Shown here: piece after piece, positions 1-10,273 of the stretch | How positions within the stretch are numbered: position 1 is the stretch's first letter | Layout of the letters: each line of letters starts with the position of its first letter | DNA from: Lachnospiraceae bacterium | GTDB lineage: Bacteria; Bacillota; Clostridia; Lachnospirales; Lachnospiraceae | DNA length: 64,000 bases | NCBI GenBank assembly: GCA_017621815.1 | Contig: JAGASK010000006.1 | Coordinates: forward strand, 4,085-68,084 | Direction of reading: 5' to 3' | Notes under the pieces: generated by a model | What the model saw: only the letters and a program-made list of their open reading frames with translations | Told to the model about the DNA's origin: nothing | Database searches by the model: none | Translations under genes and position numbers: made by a program

Positions 1-19
1 GGAAAATAATATTTTTCAG

Positions 20-1192
20 ATGGAAGCATATAAAAATTATGAGCATCAGATGACAGAAGGACTTCTGGCCATAGCAGATGCCCTTGCGGACAGTATCAGC
101 GAAATGACAGCTTCAGGAGATGTTCAGGGGGGAATTGAGCTGTATAAAGAAATGATTTTCCTTCTGACACAGCAGGAGGACGGAGCTTACAATGTGAACG
201 GAGAAGCCCTCCGGGAATCAGGAACGGTAATCATACAGGATGCGGAGATTTCGGAAGCAGAAGCATTGAATTCCATGGGATTAGAGGAAGCAAAGGAAAC
301 GGATTTCCTGCAGGGAGAGATTGCGCATGCTCCGGAAAATATTTCTTCACAGGCCGGAGCTTTGGAAGGAAGAGACGGACTTACGGGAAAGGAATTAACG
401 AATCTGGCAGGGCAGCTCAGACAGGCGGGAATGCCGGAAGAACTGATTCGTTCCTATATTTCCGGAAATATTTCATCGGAAGAATTATTGAAACAAATAA
501 ATGAGCAGCTTTTCAGTAAAACAACTGCTTCAGTAGAAGCAGAAGGGATGCTGCAGCTTTTAACGGGAAAAGAGTTAAATAAGCTTGTTAAGAATGAGAT
601 GACCGGAAAGTGGATGCTTTCTCCGGAGGAGGTTTCGGAAAAGCAGAAGGTAGAGGAGTTGTATCAGCGGTTAAATAATCAGTTGAACCGGCTGAACCGG
701 ATTTTGGAACAGGGAAGCAGATCCGACACTCCTTTTGCCAAGGCAGTGTCAAACCTGTCCGGAAACATTGATTTTATGAATCAGATGAATCAAATGTTTA
801 CTTATGTTCAGATACCCCTTAAAATGCAGGGACAGGAAGCAAACGGTGAATTATATGTTTACACCAACAAAAAAAATCTGGCAAAAAAGGATGGGGAAGT
901 CAGCGCCCTTCTGCATCTTGATATGGAGCATTTAGGCAGCGTGGATGTACATGTAGCCATGAGAGATAATAAAGTATCCACAAAGTTTTACCTAAAAGAT
1001 GACAGTGCCCTGGATTTGATTGCGGAACATATTGATATTTTAAATGAACGGCTTAACAAGAGAGGTTATTCTATGAATGCTTCTTTTATAAAAAGAGACG
1101 GGGAAGAGCCGGAGACAGTAATGGAAGAAATATTAAAACAGGATAAGAATATTTCCGTTTTGTCTGGAAATTCTTTTGATGCAAGGGCTTAA
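20..1192 (+). CDS. FliK-C-terminal-like flagellar-associated protein (possibly 5'-truncated by window edge)
   Basis: 390-aa ORF. The C-terminal stretch ALLHLDMEHLGSVDVHVAMRDNKVSTKFYLKDDSALDLIAEHIDILNERLNKRGY fits the L.L.P..LG.V.V...F pattern of FliK/Flg_hook C-terminal domains. An FlhB-C-like gene follows directly. There is no in-frame stop between nt 2 and the ATG at 20, so the gene may start upstream of the window. Confidence 0.5.
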   Translation: MEAYKNYEHQMTEGLLAIADALADSISEMTASGDVQGGIELYKEMIFLLTQQEDGAYNVNGEALRESGTVIIQDAEISEAEALNSMGLEEAKETDFLQGEIAHAPENISSQAGALEGRDGLTGKELTNLAGQLRQAGMPEELIRSYISGNISSEELLKQINEQLFSKTTASVEAEGMLQLLTGKELNKLVKNEMTGKWMLSPEEVSEKQKVEELYQRLNNQLNRLNRILEQGSRSDTPFAKAVSNLSGNIDFMNQMNQMFTYVQIPLKMQGQEANGELYVYTNKKNLAKKDGEVSALLHLDMEHLGSVDVHVAMRDNKVSTKFYLKDDSALDLIAEHIDILNERLNKRGYSMNASFIKRDGEEPETVMEEILKQDKNISVLSGNSFDARA

Positions 1193-1224
1193 ACATGAAG
1201 GAATGAGGGAAAGGAGAGGCTGAT

Positions 1225-1515
1225 ATGAAAGATAAAAAAAATAAACCCAAACAGGCCATAGCCCTTTCCTATAATCCTGATGAGGATGCGCCTAAGGTCA
1301 TAGCTTCCGGTAAGGGTGCACTGGCAGAGCGCATTATTGAAAAGGCAAAAGAAGCGGATGTACCGGTTCACAGGGATGATTCCCTTGCGGAAACTTTGTC
1401 AAGGCTGGATATAGGTGAAATGATTCCGCCTGAGCTTTATGAGGTTGTGGCGGAAATTCTGGTATTTGTTGATGCCATGGATAAAATTAAGGCAAAAATG
1501 GATAAAAAGAAATAG
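1225..1515 (+). CDS. stand-alone FlhB C-terminal-domain protein (EscU/YscU/HrcU family, YlqH-like)
   Basis: 96-aa ORF with an RBS (GGAAAGGAGAGG). AIALSYNPDEDAPKVIASGKGALAERIIEKAKEADVPVHRDDSLAETL...PPELYEVVAEILVFV matches the conserved C-terminal autocleavage-domain fragment of FlhB-type export-switch proteins. Confidence 0.8.
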   Translation: MKDKKNKPKQAIALSYNPDEDAPKVIASGKGALAERIIEKAKEADVPVHRDDSLAETLSRLDIGEMIPPELYEVVAEILVFVDAMDKIKAKMDKKK

Positions 1516-1526
1516 GGAGAAAAAGC

Positions 1527-1895
1527 TTGAATTACGTAAGTACGGGCAGGAGCTATGAGGAAAAAGCTGCCGCATTCCTTGAAAAGCAGGGCTTTTTAGT
1601 CCTTGAAAGAAATTTCAGGTGCAGGCAGGGAGAAGTGGATATTGTAGGCATTCATGAAAAATGTCTTGTCTTTGTGGAAGTGAAATACCGGAAGGATAAG
1701 CGGAGCGGATTGCCGGAGGAAGCGGTCGGAGCCGGAAAGCAGATGAAAATCTGCCGTGTCTCCGATTATTTTCGTATAAGGTACAGAAATTATGAATCTT
1801 TGCAGGTCAGATATGATGTAATAGCTATTTTGGGAAATGAAATCACATGGCATAAAAATGCTTTTTCTTATCAGGGAAAGGGCATGAGCTGGTAG
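1527..1895 (+). CDS. YraN family (UPF0102) endonuclease-like protein
   Basis: 122-aa ORF with a TTG start after GGGAGA. GEVDIVGIHEKCLVFVEVKYR and RYDVIAI are typical YraN/UPF0102 motifs. Confidence 0.8.
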   Translation: MNYVSTGRSYEEKAAAFLEKQGFLVLERNFRCRQGEVDIVGIHEKCLVFVEVKYRKDKRSGLPEEAVGAGKQMKICRVSDYFRIRYRNYESLQVRYDVIAILGNEITWHKNAFSYQGKGMSW

Positions 1896-1926
1896 TCAAA
1901 TACCCCGATGCAAGCATACGGGACAT

Positions 1927-2835
1927 TTGACTCTCGCGGAAATAAAAAAGAGGGTATGGAACGTGAAGAATAATACGGAATTTGAAAGCTTAAACAGGAA
2001 GGGCAAGAGCCCGGTTTTAATGCAGAAGAAAAAGAAAGAAGCGGAATATCTTGTTTTTCCGGGAATTGAAAGTACAGGACTTGTCAGGCATCTTTTTACA
2101 ACCAGAAGGGGCGGTGTCAGCGAAGGTATTTTTGGCTCCATGAATCTCAGCTATACAAGAGGTGACAGAAAAGAAGCTGTGGATGAGAATTTCAGAAGAA
2201 TTGCGGAAATATTTGATGAACTGCCGGACCGCATTGTATGCTCGGACCAGACGCATACGACAAATGTCAGGCTGGTAACGGAAGAGGATGCCGGAAAAGG
2301 TGTGGTGAAAGACAAGGATTATACGGATGTGGACGGATTAATTACAGCTGTTCCGGGAATCATTCTGGCAACTTTTTATGCCGACTGTGTTCCTCTGTAT
2401 TTTGTGGATACGGAAAATAAAGCAATCGGATTAAGTCATTCCGGGTGGAAAGGAACTGTAAATAAAATGGGGGAAGCTACCTTAATGGCAATGAAGGAAG
2501 CCTTCGGGACCAGGCCTGAAATGGTGAAAGCGGCAATCGGCCCCTCTATCTGTCAGGATTGTTATGAAGTAAGCGAGGATGTTGCGCAGCAGTTCAAAGA
2601 ATTGTTCAGCAATGATGTTGATAAAATTTTAAGCCCCGGGAGATCGGAAGGAAAATATCAGCTTAATTTATGGGAATCCAATAAAAGAATTTTGTTAAAT
2701 GCAGGAATTCTGCCGGAAAATCTGGAAGTCACGGATGTTTGCACCTGCTGCAACAGCGGATATTTGTTTTCTCACAGGGCAAGCCAGGGGAAAAGAGGAA
2801 ACCTGGGGGCTTTTATGGAATTAATAAAATCTTAA
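1927..2835 (+). CDS. pgeF: PgeF/YfiH laccase-domain (DUF152) protein
   Basis: Motifs seen: RHLFTTRRGGVS, CSDQTHTTNV, ADCVPLYF, GLSHSGWKGT and CTCC..YLFSHR. The start is uncertain (TTG 1927, GTG 1963 or ATG 2020, all in frame). Confidence 0.8.
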   Translation: MTLAEIKKRVWNVKNNTEFESLNRKGKSPVLMQKKKKEAEYLVFPGIESTGLVRHLFTTRRGGVSEGIFGSMNLSYTRGDRKEAVDENFRRIAEIFDELPDRIVCSDQTHTTNVRLVTEEDAGKGVVKDKDYTDVDGLITAVPGIILATFYADCVPLYFVDTENKAIGLSHSGWKGTVNKMGEATLMAMKEAFGTRPEMVKAAIGPSICQDCYEVSEDVAQQFKELFSNDVDKILSPGRSEGKYQLNLWESNKRILLNAGILPENLEVTDVCTCCNSGYLFSHRASQGKRGNLGAFMELIKS

Positions 2836-2905
2836 TGTTTTTGCTAAGAAACACTTAAAAAATATATGTTTTACTTATTACAGTAAAGGGCAGGGAGGAC
2901 ATGAA

Positions 2906-3598
2906 ATGATAAATATTCTTGTATGCGATGATGATAAAGAAATTGTGGATGCCATTGAAATTTATCTGAATCAGGAAGGTTATCAGGTTTATAAAGCTTA
3001 TGACGGGGAACAGGCGATTAAGATGCTGAAGGAGCAGAATATACAGCTGCTTATTATTGATATTATGATGCCTAAGCTGGACGGTATCAGAGCTACCATT
3101 AAAATCAGGGAATACAGCAGTATCCCCATTATTTTTCTTTCTGCAAAATCAGAAGATACGGATAAGATTTTAGGGCTGAATATCGGCGCCGACGATTATG
3201 TAACCAAGCCCTTTAATCCGCTGGAGCTGGTGGCAAGGGTAAAATCCAATTTAAGGCGTTATACCCAGCTTGGGAATCTGAATGTTGAAAATAATGCGCT
3301 TTTTACCGCCGGAGGGCTTTGCATTAATGATGATACAAAAGAGGTTACGGTGGATGGTGAAAGTGTAAAGCTGACACCGATTGAATACAATATTTTGCTT
3401 CTGCTTGTGAAAAATCAGGGCAGAGTCTTTTCCATCGACCAGATTTATGAAAATATCTGGAATGAGGAGGCAATCGGAGCCGACAATACGGTAGCGGTTC
3501 ATATCAGGCATATTCGTGAAAAAATTGAAATTAATCCCAAAGAGCCCAGATATTTAAAAGTTGTATGGGGTGTTGGCTATAAGATTGAAAAGCAGTAG
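2906..3598 (+). CDS. OmpR-family response regulator
   Basis: Receiver domain (ILVCDDD, DIMMPKLDG, SAKSE..D) plus a C-terminal winged-helix domain (LTPIEYNILLLL, VHIRHIREKIE, VWGVGYK). Confidence 0.9.
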   Translation: MINILVCDDDKEIVDAIEIYLNQEGYQVYKAYDGEQAIKMLKEQNIQLLIIDIMMPKLDGIRATIKIREYSSIPIIFLSAKSEDTDKILGLNIGADDYVTKPFNPLELVARVKSNLRRYTQLGNLNVENNALFTAGGLCINDDTKEVTVDGESVKLTPIEYNILLLLVKNQGRVFSIDQIYENIWNEEAIGADNTVAVHIRHIREKIEINPKEPRYLKVVWGVGYKIEKQ

Positions 3599-3609
3599 GG
3601 AGAGAGCAG

Positions 3610-6171
3610 ATGAGTGAAGAAAAAAAGAAAACTTCAAAGAAAAACAGAAAAGGAGGAAAGGCTGTACTGCATATTTTACAGCATTTATGCCTTGCAGGGG
3701 CGGCTGTTGCAGGAGCGCTTTTTCTGTTCGGCGGTTTTGTGGAGGTGAATCTGAAAAGCGGAAGGGAGCTTTACCGGCTTTCCATGAAAGATTCCTATAC
3801 CGATTTTGAAGATTCCGAAGTTTTTAATAGAATTCTGGGAAAAAGTGTTACAGATATTATCTGTTACGGTACAATCAGGGGACAAATGGAAACGGACGGT
3901 AAATTTGACCCTGAAAAAGAAGTGGATGTCACCGCCTTTGCAGGCCGCTATGAGGGAATGAAAAGGGAATACATTACTGCAAGGTACTATCTGAATGATC
4001 TAATAAAATGGGCGCAGAACGGCTTTGAATACAATGATGTATATATGCCGGCGGAAGAGGTGGATAAGTTTTTAAGCAGATACCGGACAGTAACAGTAAT
4101 AGATGAAGAAGCCCAAAATTATGAGGGCGGAACTATCAGTTATCTGAATTCAGATATTGAAAGTTTTACACAGGTGGTGGATGTATCCGGAAATGTTCTG
4201 GCGGAAGGCGGCAGCATCAGAAATGATACGAATGCTACCATTTTATCTAACCGTTATCATACTGTGGAAGGAAAGAATATTGAAGATTATGTATCCTCAT
4301 GGGATGAATATTATGAGCTTTGTAATAATGTGGTAAAGGCTGCCGGGGATTTGGAAATCAATTACCAGGAATATTTGAAATATAATGAGTATTACGGCAG
4401 TGGTGAAAGCAATGTTGTTTATTACATCCGAAGAACCATCGGAAAAAAAGTTCAGGTGTTCAGTAACCAGGATACGGTTTCAGACAAGCTTTCCGATTTG
4501 GAAGGGCGGCTTAAGGAGGAGTGCGGAAAATATATTATTTACGACCCGCATAATATGGTATATGAAACCAATACTTTAATTGAAGAAGAAACCCTGCGGC
4601 ACATACTGAACGGATATGAGTATTCTTACCCGGAGGATACCCAGATTCTTATCGGTGTTAAGACTCCTTATGCGGTAAAGGATGCTTTTACGGATGCAAA
4701 GGACCAGTATGATAATTATTCTCCTTACAGCTGGCAGTATCTGGCTGCAGCAATATTGTTTGTAATTGTCTATATTGCGCTTTTGGGTGTGCTTACATTT
4801 TTAGAGGGAAGAGCAGGAAAAACAGAGGATGGAAGGATTGCAATCAGGCTTGAACGTGAGGATAAACTGCCCACAGAGGTTATGGCTGCGGCAGTTGTCA
4901 TTGCAGCGGTGCTGTTCTTTCCAGCAGTAAATTATACAATAGATTATGTATTATATGTTCCGGGGCTGCCTAAAAATTACATGCTGCTTGTTATTATCGG
5001 CATAGCGGCGCTGCTGATCAGCCTGTTGGTTTCCTTTATATATTACAGCTTTGTCAGAAGAATAAAGGCCTGTACTTTATGGAAGAACAGCCTGCTGAAA
5101 AAACTGTGCAGCTTTATTAAAAAAGAGGCCGTATATCTGTATAATCATTCGGCTGTTGTGCTTCGGACATGGGTGCCCTATGGGCTTTTTGTTCTTCTGC
5201 ACATGGCATTGATATTTATCGGGCTGTGTTTTCCGGAAGAAGTTTTCACTGCCGCACTGATTTTGATGATAGTCATAGATATAGTGTTTGGTATGATCCT
5301 TTATAAATCAGCACTCAGCAGACAGCAGATTCTGGAAAGCATTAAGAGGATTAATGCCGGCGATACGGAGCATAAGATAGATGAAACAAAGCTTTACGGG
5401 GATAATCTGGTTCTGGCAAGAGAGGTGAACGGCATTGGGGAAGGAATCAGGAATGCGGTTGCCACAAGTATGAAGGATGAGCGGCTGAAGGCCGATTTGA
5501 TTACCAATGTGTCCCACGATATTAAGACACCCTTGACCTCCATTATTAATTATGTGGATTTGATTAAGAGGGAAAATGTAGAGAATCCTAAAGTGAGGGA
5601 ATATATAGAGGTTCTTGATACGAAATCACAAAGATTAAAACAGCTGACAGACGATTTGGTGGAGGCATCTAAGATTTCATCAGGAAATATTGTCCTTCAG
5701 TGGGATAAAATCAATCTTGTAGAGCTGCTGAACCAGACTATTGGAGAATTTTCGGAAAAATTTGAACAAAAGGAACTCACTCCTGTATTCAGGGTGGGAA
5801 AGAACAGTATTTTCATAGAGGCTGACAGCAGAAGAATCTGGAGAGTAATCGAAAATCTCTTTAATAATATCTGTAAATATGCATTGGAAGGAACCCGCAT
5901 TTATATAGATATTGCGGAAATGAAGGAAGAGAAGAAGGAAGGACGGGTTGCGGTATCCATACGGAATATTTCCAAAAGCCCTATTATGGTAAATTCCGAT
6001 GAACTGACAGAGCGTTTTATCAGGGGAGATGAATCCAGAACCACTGAGGGAAGCGGACTTGGGCTTTCCATTGCCAAGAATCTGACAGAGGTTATGAACG
6101 GCAAATTTGAAATAATTGTAGACGGGGATTTGTTCAAAGTTGTATTGACGTTTCCTTTATTAAAACAATAA
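3610..6171 (+). CDS. sensor histidine kinase with large N-terminal extracytoplasmic domain and multiple TM segments
   Basis: 853 aa. H-box ITNVSHDIKTPLTSI, N-box NLFNNICKYA and G-boxes GSGLGLSIAK. Translationally adjacent to the response regulator gene. Confidence 0.9.
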   Translation: MSEEKKKTSKKNRKGGKAVLHILQHLCLAGAAVAGALFLFGGFVEVNLKSGRELYRLSMKDSYTDFEDSEVFNRILGKSVTDIICYGTIRGQMETDGKFDPEKEVDVTAFAGRYEGMKREYITARYYLNDLIKWAQNGFEYNDVYMPAEEVDKFLSRYRTVTVIDEEAQNYEGGTISYLNSDIESFTQVVDVSGNVLAEGGSIRNDTNATILSNRYHTVEGKNIEDYVSSWDEYYELCNNVVKAAGDLEINYQEYLKYNEYYGSGESNVVYYIRRTIGKKVQVFSNQDTVSDKLSDLEGRLKEECGKYIIYDPHNMVYETNTLIEEETLRHILNGYEYSYPEDTQILIGVKTPYAVKDAFTDAKDQYDNYSPYSWQYLAAAILFVIVYIALLGVLTFLEGRAGKTEDGRIAIRLEREDKLPTEVMAAAVVIAAVLFFPAVNYTIDYVLYVPGLPKNYMLLVIIGIAALLISLLVSFIYYSFVRRIKACTLWKNSLLKKLCSFIKKEAVYLYNHSAVVLRTWVPYGLFVLLHMALIFIGLCFPEEVFTAALILMIVIDIVFGMILYKSALSRQQILESIKRINAGDTEHKIDETKLYGDNLVLAREVNGIGEGIRNAVATSMKDERLKADLITNVSHDIKTPLTSIINYVDLIKRENVENPKVREYIEVLDTKSQRLKQLTDDLVEASKISSGNIVLQWDKINLVELLNQTIGEFSEKFEQKELTPVFRVGKNSIFIEADSRRIWRVIENLFNNICKYALEGTRIYIDIAEMKEEKKEGRVAVSIRNISKSPIMVNSDELTERFIRGDESRTTEGSGLGLSIAKNLTEVMNGKFEIIVDGDLFKVVLTFPLLKQ

Positions 6172-6191
6172 TAGCCTTAAACAATAATAGA

Positions 6192-6238
6192 AAGGATATT
6201 CTCAAAGTCATCCGCTGACTGAAAGAATATCCTTTTTT
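6192..6238. terminator. bidirectional rho-independent terminator between convergent kinase and prs genes
   Basis: An 11-bp perfect stem, AAGGATATTCT (6192-6202) / AGAATATCCTT (6224-6234), followed by a T-run. The reverse strand also has A/T-rich flanks. Confidence 0.7.
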
Positions 6239-6241
6239 AAA

Positions 6242-7444
6242 CTATGCCGGGTCATCCTTTTCAATAAACATTTCTCTGTTATTGTATTTTGTCAGAATCT
6301 CATGAATCTTTTCCGTAGGAGTATAAACATTTGACATGGAAGAGTCATGGTTCATAAAATCGATAATGGAAGCCAGGAATTTGCTCATATCAGCTTCTAC
6401 ATAGTAGGGGCGTGATTTTAGCTCCGGAGGCTGATAGGTGAGATTTGTTGTAATAACCTTGTCAAAATAACATTTTTCATAAGCTTCATCGAACTTGGCA
6501 AGACCTTCCGTAAATAAACCGAAAGTGCAGCAGATATAAACCCGCTTGGCGTTCATGGCCTTTAACTGCTTTGCGGTATCAATCATGCTGCCGCCGGAAG
6601 CAATCATATCATCCATAATGATGACATCCTTGCCGTCAATGTTATCTCCGAGAAATTCATGTGCAACAATAGGATTTTTGCCGTTTACAATTTTAGAGTA
6701 ATCCCGGCGCTTATAAAACATACCTGTATCCACACCCAGTACACTGGCAAAATAAACAGCTCTATCCAGGGCTCCTTCATCGGGACTGATAACAATCAGA
6801 TGGTCTTTGTCTATTAAGAGGCTGTCTTCTGTACGGAGAAGTGCCTGCGTAAACTGATAGGGGGGTGTGAAATTATCAAAACCGCGAAGTGGTTCTGCAT
6901 TTTGAACTCTGGGGTCGTGAGCATCAAAGGTGATAAAATTACTGACGCCCATGCTGCTTAATTCTTCGATTGCATAAGCACAGTCCAAGGATTCCCGCCC
7001 GTTTCTCTTATGCTGCCTGCCTTCATACAAAAAGGGCATTATTACATTGATTCTGTGGGCCTTACCGTTGACAGCAGCAATAATTCTTTTCAAATCCTGA
7101 TAATGGTCATCAGGAGATTTATAATTGGTATAACCGTTCATGGTATAGGAAATACTGTGATTACAGACATCTACAAGAATAAAAAGATCTTTTCCCCTGA
7201 CAGATTCGGCAATTACACCTTTGCCTTCGCCGGTGCCGAAACGATAACAGGTAGCATCAGCAATAAAATTGTCAGATACATAACCTTCAAATGCAGGGTC
7301 ATTTTTTGCTATATTTTTAACATCTCTTCTGAAATTTACAAGATAATTATTTACCTGATTTCCAAGCTTTGTGGCAGATTCAAGAACAATTAATTTTAAA
7401 GGAGCAACCGGAATGGCGGCTTCCAATTCGCGTAAGTTAGGCAT
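6242..7444 (-). CDS. prs: ribose-phosphate diphosphokinase (long, ~400-aa form)
   Basis: Motifs FDAHDPRVQNA and VIIMDDMIASGGS (PRPP-binding loop), with the overall Prs layout. Confidence 0.85.
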   Translation of the reverse strand: MPNLRELEAAIPVAPLKLIVLESATKLGNQVNNYLVNFRRDVKNIAKNDPAFEGYVSDNFIADATCYRFGTGEGKGVIAESVRGKDLFILVDVCNHSISYTMNGYTNYKSPDDHYQDLKRIIAAVNGKAHRINVIMPFLYEGRQHKRNGRESLDCAYAIEELSSMGVSNFITFDAHDPRVQNAEPLRGFDNFTPPYQFTQALLRTEDSLLIDKDHLIVISPDEGALDRAVYFASVLGVDTGMFYKRRDYSKIVNGKNPIVAHEFLGDNIDGKDVIIMDDMIASGGSMIDTAKQLKAMNAKRVYICCTFGLFTEGLAKFDEAYEKCYFDKVITTNLTYQPPELKSRPYYVEADMSKFLASIIDFMNHDSSMSNVYTPTEKIHEILTKYNNREMFIEKDDPA

Positions 7445-7510
7445 AATGTCCTCCGAAAGGTATGTAGTAGTTATTATAAAAACTTCACTTTATTTTATAT
7501 CATTCTGCTA

Positions 7511-7539
7511 GTGACACGTCAAGAAATTTCTAGTAAAAT
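7511..7539 (+). promoter_or_regulatory. candidate sigma-A promoter for DUF512 gene/der operon
   Basis: GTGACA (7511-7516), a 17-nt spacer, then TAAAAT (7534-7539). Confidence 0.3.
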
Positions 7540-7583
7540 GGAAAGGGAGAAAAAAGGAGTTAAACAGGAAAGACTGATTGACA

Positions 7584-8930
7584 ATGAGCAAAAAGAGACA
7601 AAACGGACATTTGATAAAGGAAGTACAGCCGGGAAGTATTGCTGCGGAGCTGGAAATAGAGCCCGGAGACAGACTGCTTGCCATTAATAATGAAACAATA
7701 GAAGATATTTTTGATTATCAGTTTTATGTGGAAGATACTTATATAGAGATTCTTATTGAAAAACCTGACGGGGAACAGTGGATTTTCGAAGTGGATAAGG
7801 ACGAAGATGAAGACCTGGGCATTGTTTTTGACAACGGCCTTATGGATGATTACAGATCCTGCCATAATAAATGTATTTTTTGCTTTATAGACCAAATGCC
7901 GAAAGGCATGAGAGAGACACTGTATTTTAAGGATGATGATTCCAGGCTTTCATTTTTGCAGGGAAATTATGTTACATTAACTAATATGTCAGACCATGAT
8001 TTTGAAAGAATCATCAAATATCATTTATCGCCTATTAACATATCCTTTCAGACCATGAATCCGCTTCTTCGCTGCAAAATGCTGAATAACCGTTTCGCGG
8101 GGGAAGCCCTGAAGAAGGTGGACAGGCTTTACGAGGCGGGAATTACCATGAACGGGCAAATCGTTTTGTGTAAAGGCGTGAATGACGGTGATGAGCTGAT
8201 TTTCAGTATCCGGGAAATGATGAAATACCTGCCTCATCTTGAAAGTGTATCGGTGGTGCCGGTAGGGCTTTCAAAATACAGGGAGGGGCTTTATCCCTTA
8301 GAGCCCTTTAACAAAGAAGATGCAAAAGAAGTGCTTTCCATTATACACGGCTTCCAGAAGGAAGCATTTGAAAAATACGGCACGCATTTTATCCATGCCA
8401 GTGATGAATGGTATATTTTAAGTGAGGAGGCGCTTCCGCCTGAAGAAAATTATGACGGCTATCTGCAGCTGGAAAACGGCGTGGGGATGCTGAGACTTCT
8501 GATAAATGAATTTCAGGATGCTTTGGAGATTTTAAAACAGGATATACAGGGAAATAAAGTACAGATTGAAGCAAAAGAGATTTCCATAGCAACCGGAAGG
8601 CTGGCTTACAGATTTATTAAAGAAATGGCCGGTGAAATTATGAAAGTCCTGCCGGAGCTTACTGTCCGGGTATATGAAATCCGCAATGATTTTTTCGGAG
8701 AGATGATTACGGTCTCAGGGCTTTTAACAGGGCAGGATATTATTGCGCAGCTTAAAGGGCAGCATTTGGGAGAAAGGCTTCTTCTGCCCCAGAATGTACT
8801 GCGCAGCGGAGAGGATGTTTTTCTGGATGATGTGACGGTTGCAGAGCTTGAAAATGCTTTACAAGTAAAGACAGATATTGTAAAATCAAGCGGATATGAT
8901 TTTATTAACGCAGTTCTCGGAAAGGATTAA
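7584..8930 (+). CDS. PDZ-domain / DUF512 radical-SAM-like protein
   Basis: N-terminal PDZ-like segment (VQPGSIAAELEIEPGDRLLAINN), then CHNKCIFCFIDQMPKGMRETLYFKDDDSRLSFLQGNYVTLTN, which is characteristic of the DUF512 family found upstream of der in Firmicutes. ATG at 7584; TTG at 7578 is also possible. Confidence 0.8.
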   Translation: MSKKRQNGHLIKEVQPGSIAAELEIEPGDRLLAINNETIEDIFDYQFYVEDTYIEILIEKPDGEQWIFEVDKDEDEDLGIVFDNGLMDDYRSCHNKCIFCFIDQMPKGMRETLYFKDDDSRLSFLQGNYVTLTNMSDHDFERIIKYHLSPINISFQTMNPLLRCKMLNNRFAGEALKKVDRLYEAGITMNGQIVLCKGVNDGDELIFSIREMMKYLPHLESVSVVPVGLSKYREGLYPLEPFNKEDAKEVLSIIHGFQKEAFEKYGTHFIHASDEWYILSEEALPPEENYDGYLQLENGVGMLRLLINEFQDALEILKQDIQGNKVQIEAKEISIATGRLAYRFIKEMAGEIMKVLPELTVRVYEIRNDFFGEMITVSGLLTGQDIIAQLKGQHLGERLLLPQNVLRSGEDVFLDDVTVAELENALQVKTDIVKSSGYDFINAVLGKD

Positions 8931-8934
8931 ATAG

Positions 8935-10272
8935 ATGAGTGCAAAAAAAGGAAAGCCGATCGTAGCGGTAGTGGGAAGGCCCAATGTGGGAAAATCCACA
9001 TTATTCAATGCATTGGCAGGACAGAAGATTTCAATTGTTAAGGATACACCCGGCATTACAAGGGACAGAATCTATGCGGATGTGCAATGGCTGGACAGAG
9101 CTTTTACATTAATTGACACAGGTGGTATTGAACCTGACAGCAGGGATGTAATTTTATCACAGATGAGAGAGCAGGCAGAAATAGCTATCAGTACCGCAGA
9201 TGTTATTTTATTTATGGTGGATGTAAAGCAGGGTCTTGTAGATGCGGATGCCAAGGTGGCGGATATGCTCCGCCGTTCACACAAGCCGGTGGTTCTGGTA
9301 GTGAATAAGGTTGATAATTTCGATAAATATATGGCAGATGTTTATGAGTTTTATAATCTTGGAATCGGGGAGCCGCACCCCATTTCCGCATCCAATCAGA
9401 TGGGTATCGGCGATATGCTGGACGAAGTAATCGGCTATTTTGGTGAAGATGGCACAGAAGAAGAGGATGATGACAAAATCCGTGTGGCGATTGTAGGGAA
9501 GCCCAATGTGGGAAAGTCTTCGCTGATTAATAAAATGCTTGGTGAAAACAGGCTGATTGTTTCCGATATTGCAGGAACCACAAGGGATGCCGTGGATACA
9601 CCGGTTACACATAACGGAAAAGAATATATTTTTATAGATACGGCAGGACTCAGGCGTAAAAATAAAATTAAAGAAGATTTGGAACGCTACATGATTGTGC
9701 GCACGGTCAGTGCGGTGGAAAGGGCTGATATTGTCGTTCTGCTGATTGATGCGGTGGAAGGCGTAACAGAGCAGGATGCAAAGATTGCAGGAATTGCCCA
9801 TGAAAGAGGCAAGGCTGTCATTATTGCCGTGAATAAGTGGGATGCCATTGAAAAGACGGATAAAACAGTAAACAAGTACACTGCTAAAATCAGAGAAGTG
9901 CTTTCTTATATGCCTTATGCCGAAATTACTTTTATTTCGGCGCAGACAGGGCAGAGAATTAATAAGCTGTATGATTTAATTGACATGGTAGCCGAAAATC
10001 ATGCCATGAGAGTTGCAACGGGTGTATTGAATGAGATTATGGCAGAAGCGGTGGCCATGCAGCAGCCCCCTTCCGATAAAGGAAAGCGCTTGAAACTCTT
10101 TTATATTACTCAGGCAGGGGTAAAACCTCCCACCTTTGTCATCTTTGTAAATGATAAGGACTTGATGCATTTTTCTTATACCAGATATATAGAAAATAAA
10201 ATCAGGGAAGCTTTTGGATTCAAGGGCACACCTCTCAAATTCATTATAAGGGAAAGAAAGGAAAACAAATAA
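8935..10272 (+). CDS. der: ribosome-associated GTPase Der (EngA), double GTPase domain
   Basis: Two P-loops (GRPNVGKST, GKPNVGKSS), DTGG/DTAG and NKVD/NKWD motifs, and a KH-like C-terminus. Confidence 0.95.
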   Translation: MSAKKGKPIVAVVGRPNVGKSTLFNALAGQKISIVKDTPGITRDRIYADVQWLDRAFTLIDTGGIEPDSRDVILSQMREQAEIAISTADVILFMVDVKQGLVDADAKVADMLRRSHKPVVLVVNKVDNFDKYMADVYEFYNLGIGEPHPISASNQMGIGDMLDEVIGYFGEDGTEEEDDDKIRVAIVGKPNVGKSSLINKMLGENRLIVSDIAGTTRDAVDTPVTHNGKEYIFIDTAGLRRKNKIKEDLERYMIVRTVSAVERADIVVLLIDAVEGVTEQDAKIAGIAHERGKAVIIAVNKWDAIEKTDKTVNKYTAKIREVLSYMPYAEITFISAQTGQRINKLYDLIDMVAENHAMRVATGVLNEIMAEAVAMQQPPSDKGKRLKLFYITQAGVKPPTFVIFVNDKDLMHFSYTRYIENKIREAFGFKGTPLKFIIRERKENK

Positions 10273-10273
10273 A

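Noticed and set aside
9277-9801. Long antisense ORFs inside well-supported genes. Examples are 9277-9801 in der, 10840-11373 across plsY/gpsA, 17306-17746 and 18158-18643 in the GH74 gene, 28347-28955 in the MFS gene, 32462-32977, 43180-43782, 44508-45182, 45100-45732, 56437-56913, 60045-60431, 60428-60826 and 61072-61446.
   Set aside because: These are shadow ORFs opposite genes with strong motif support. Their composition is Cys/Ser/Leu/Phe-rich and junk-like, and they lack an RBS.
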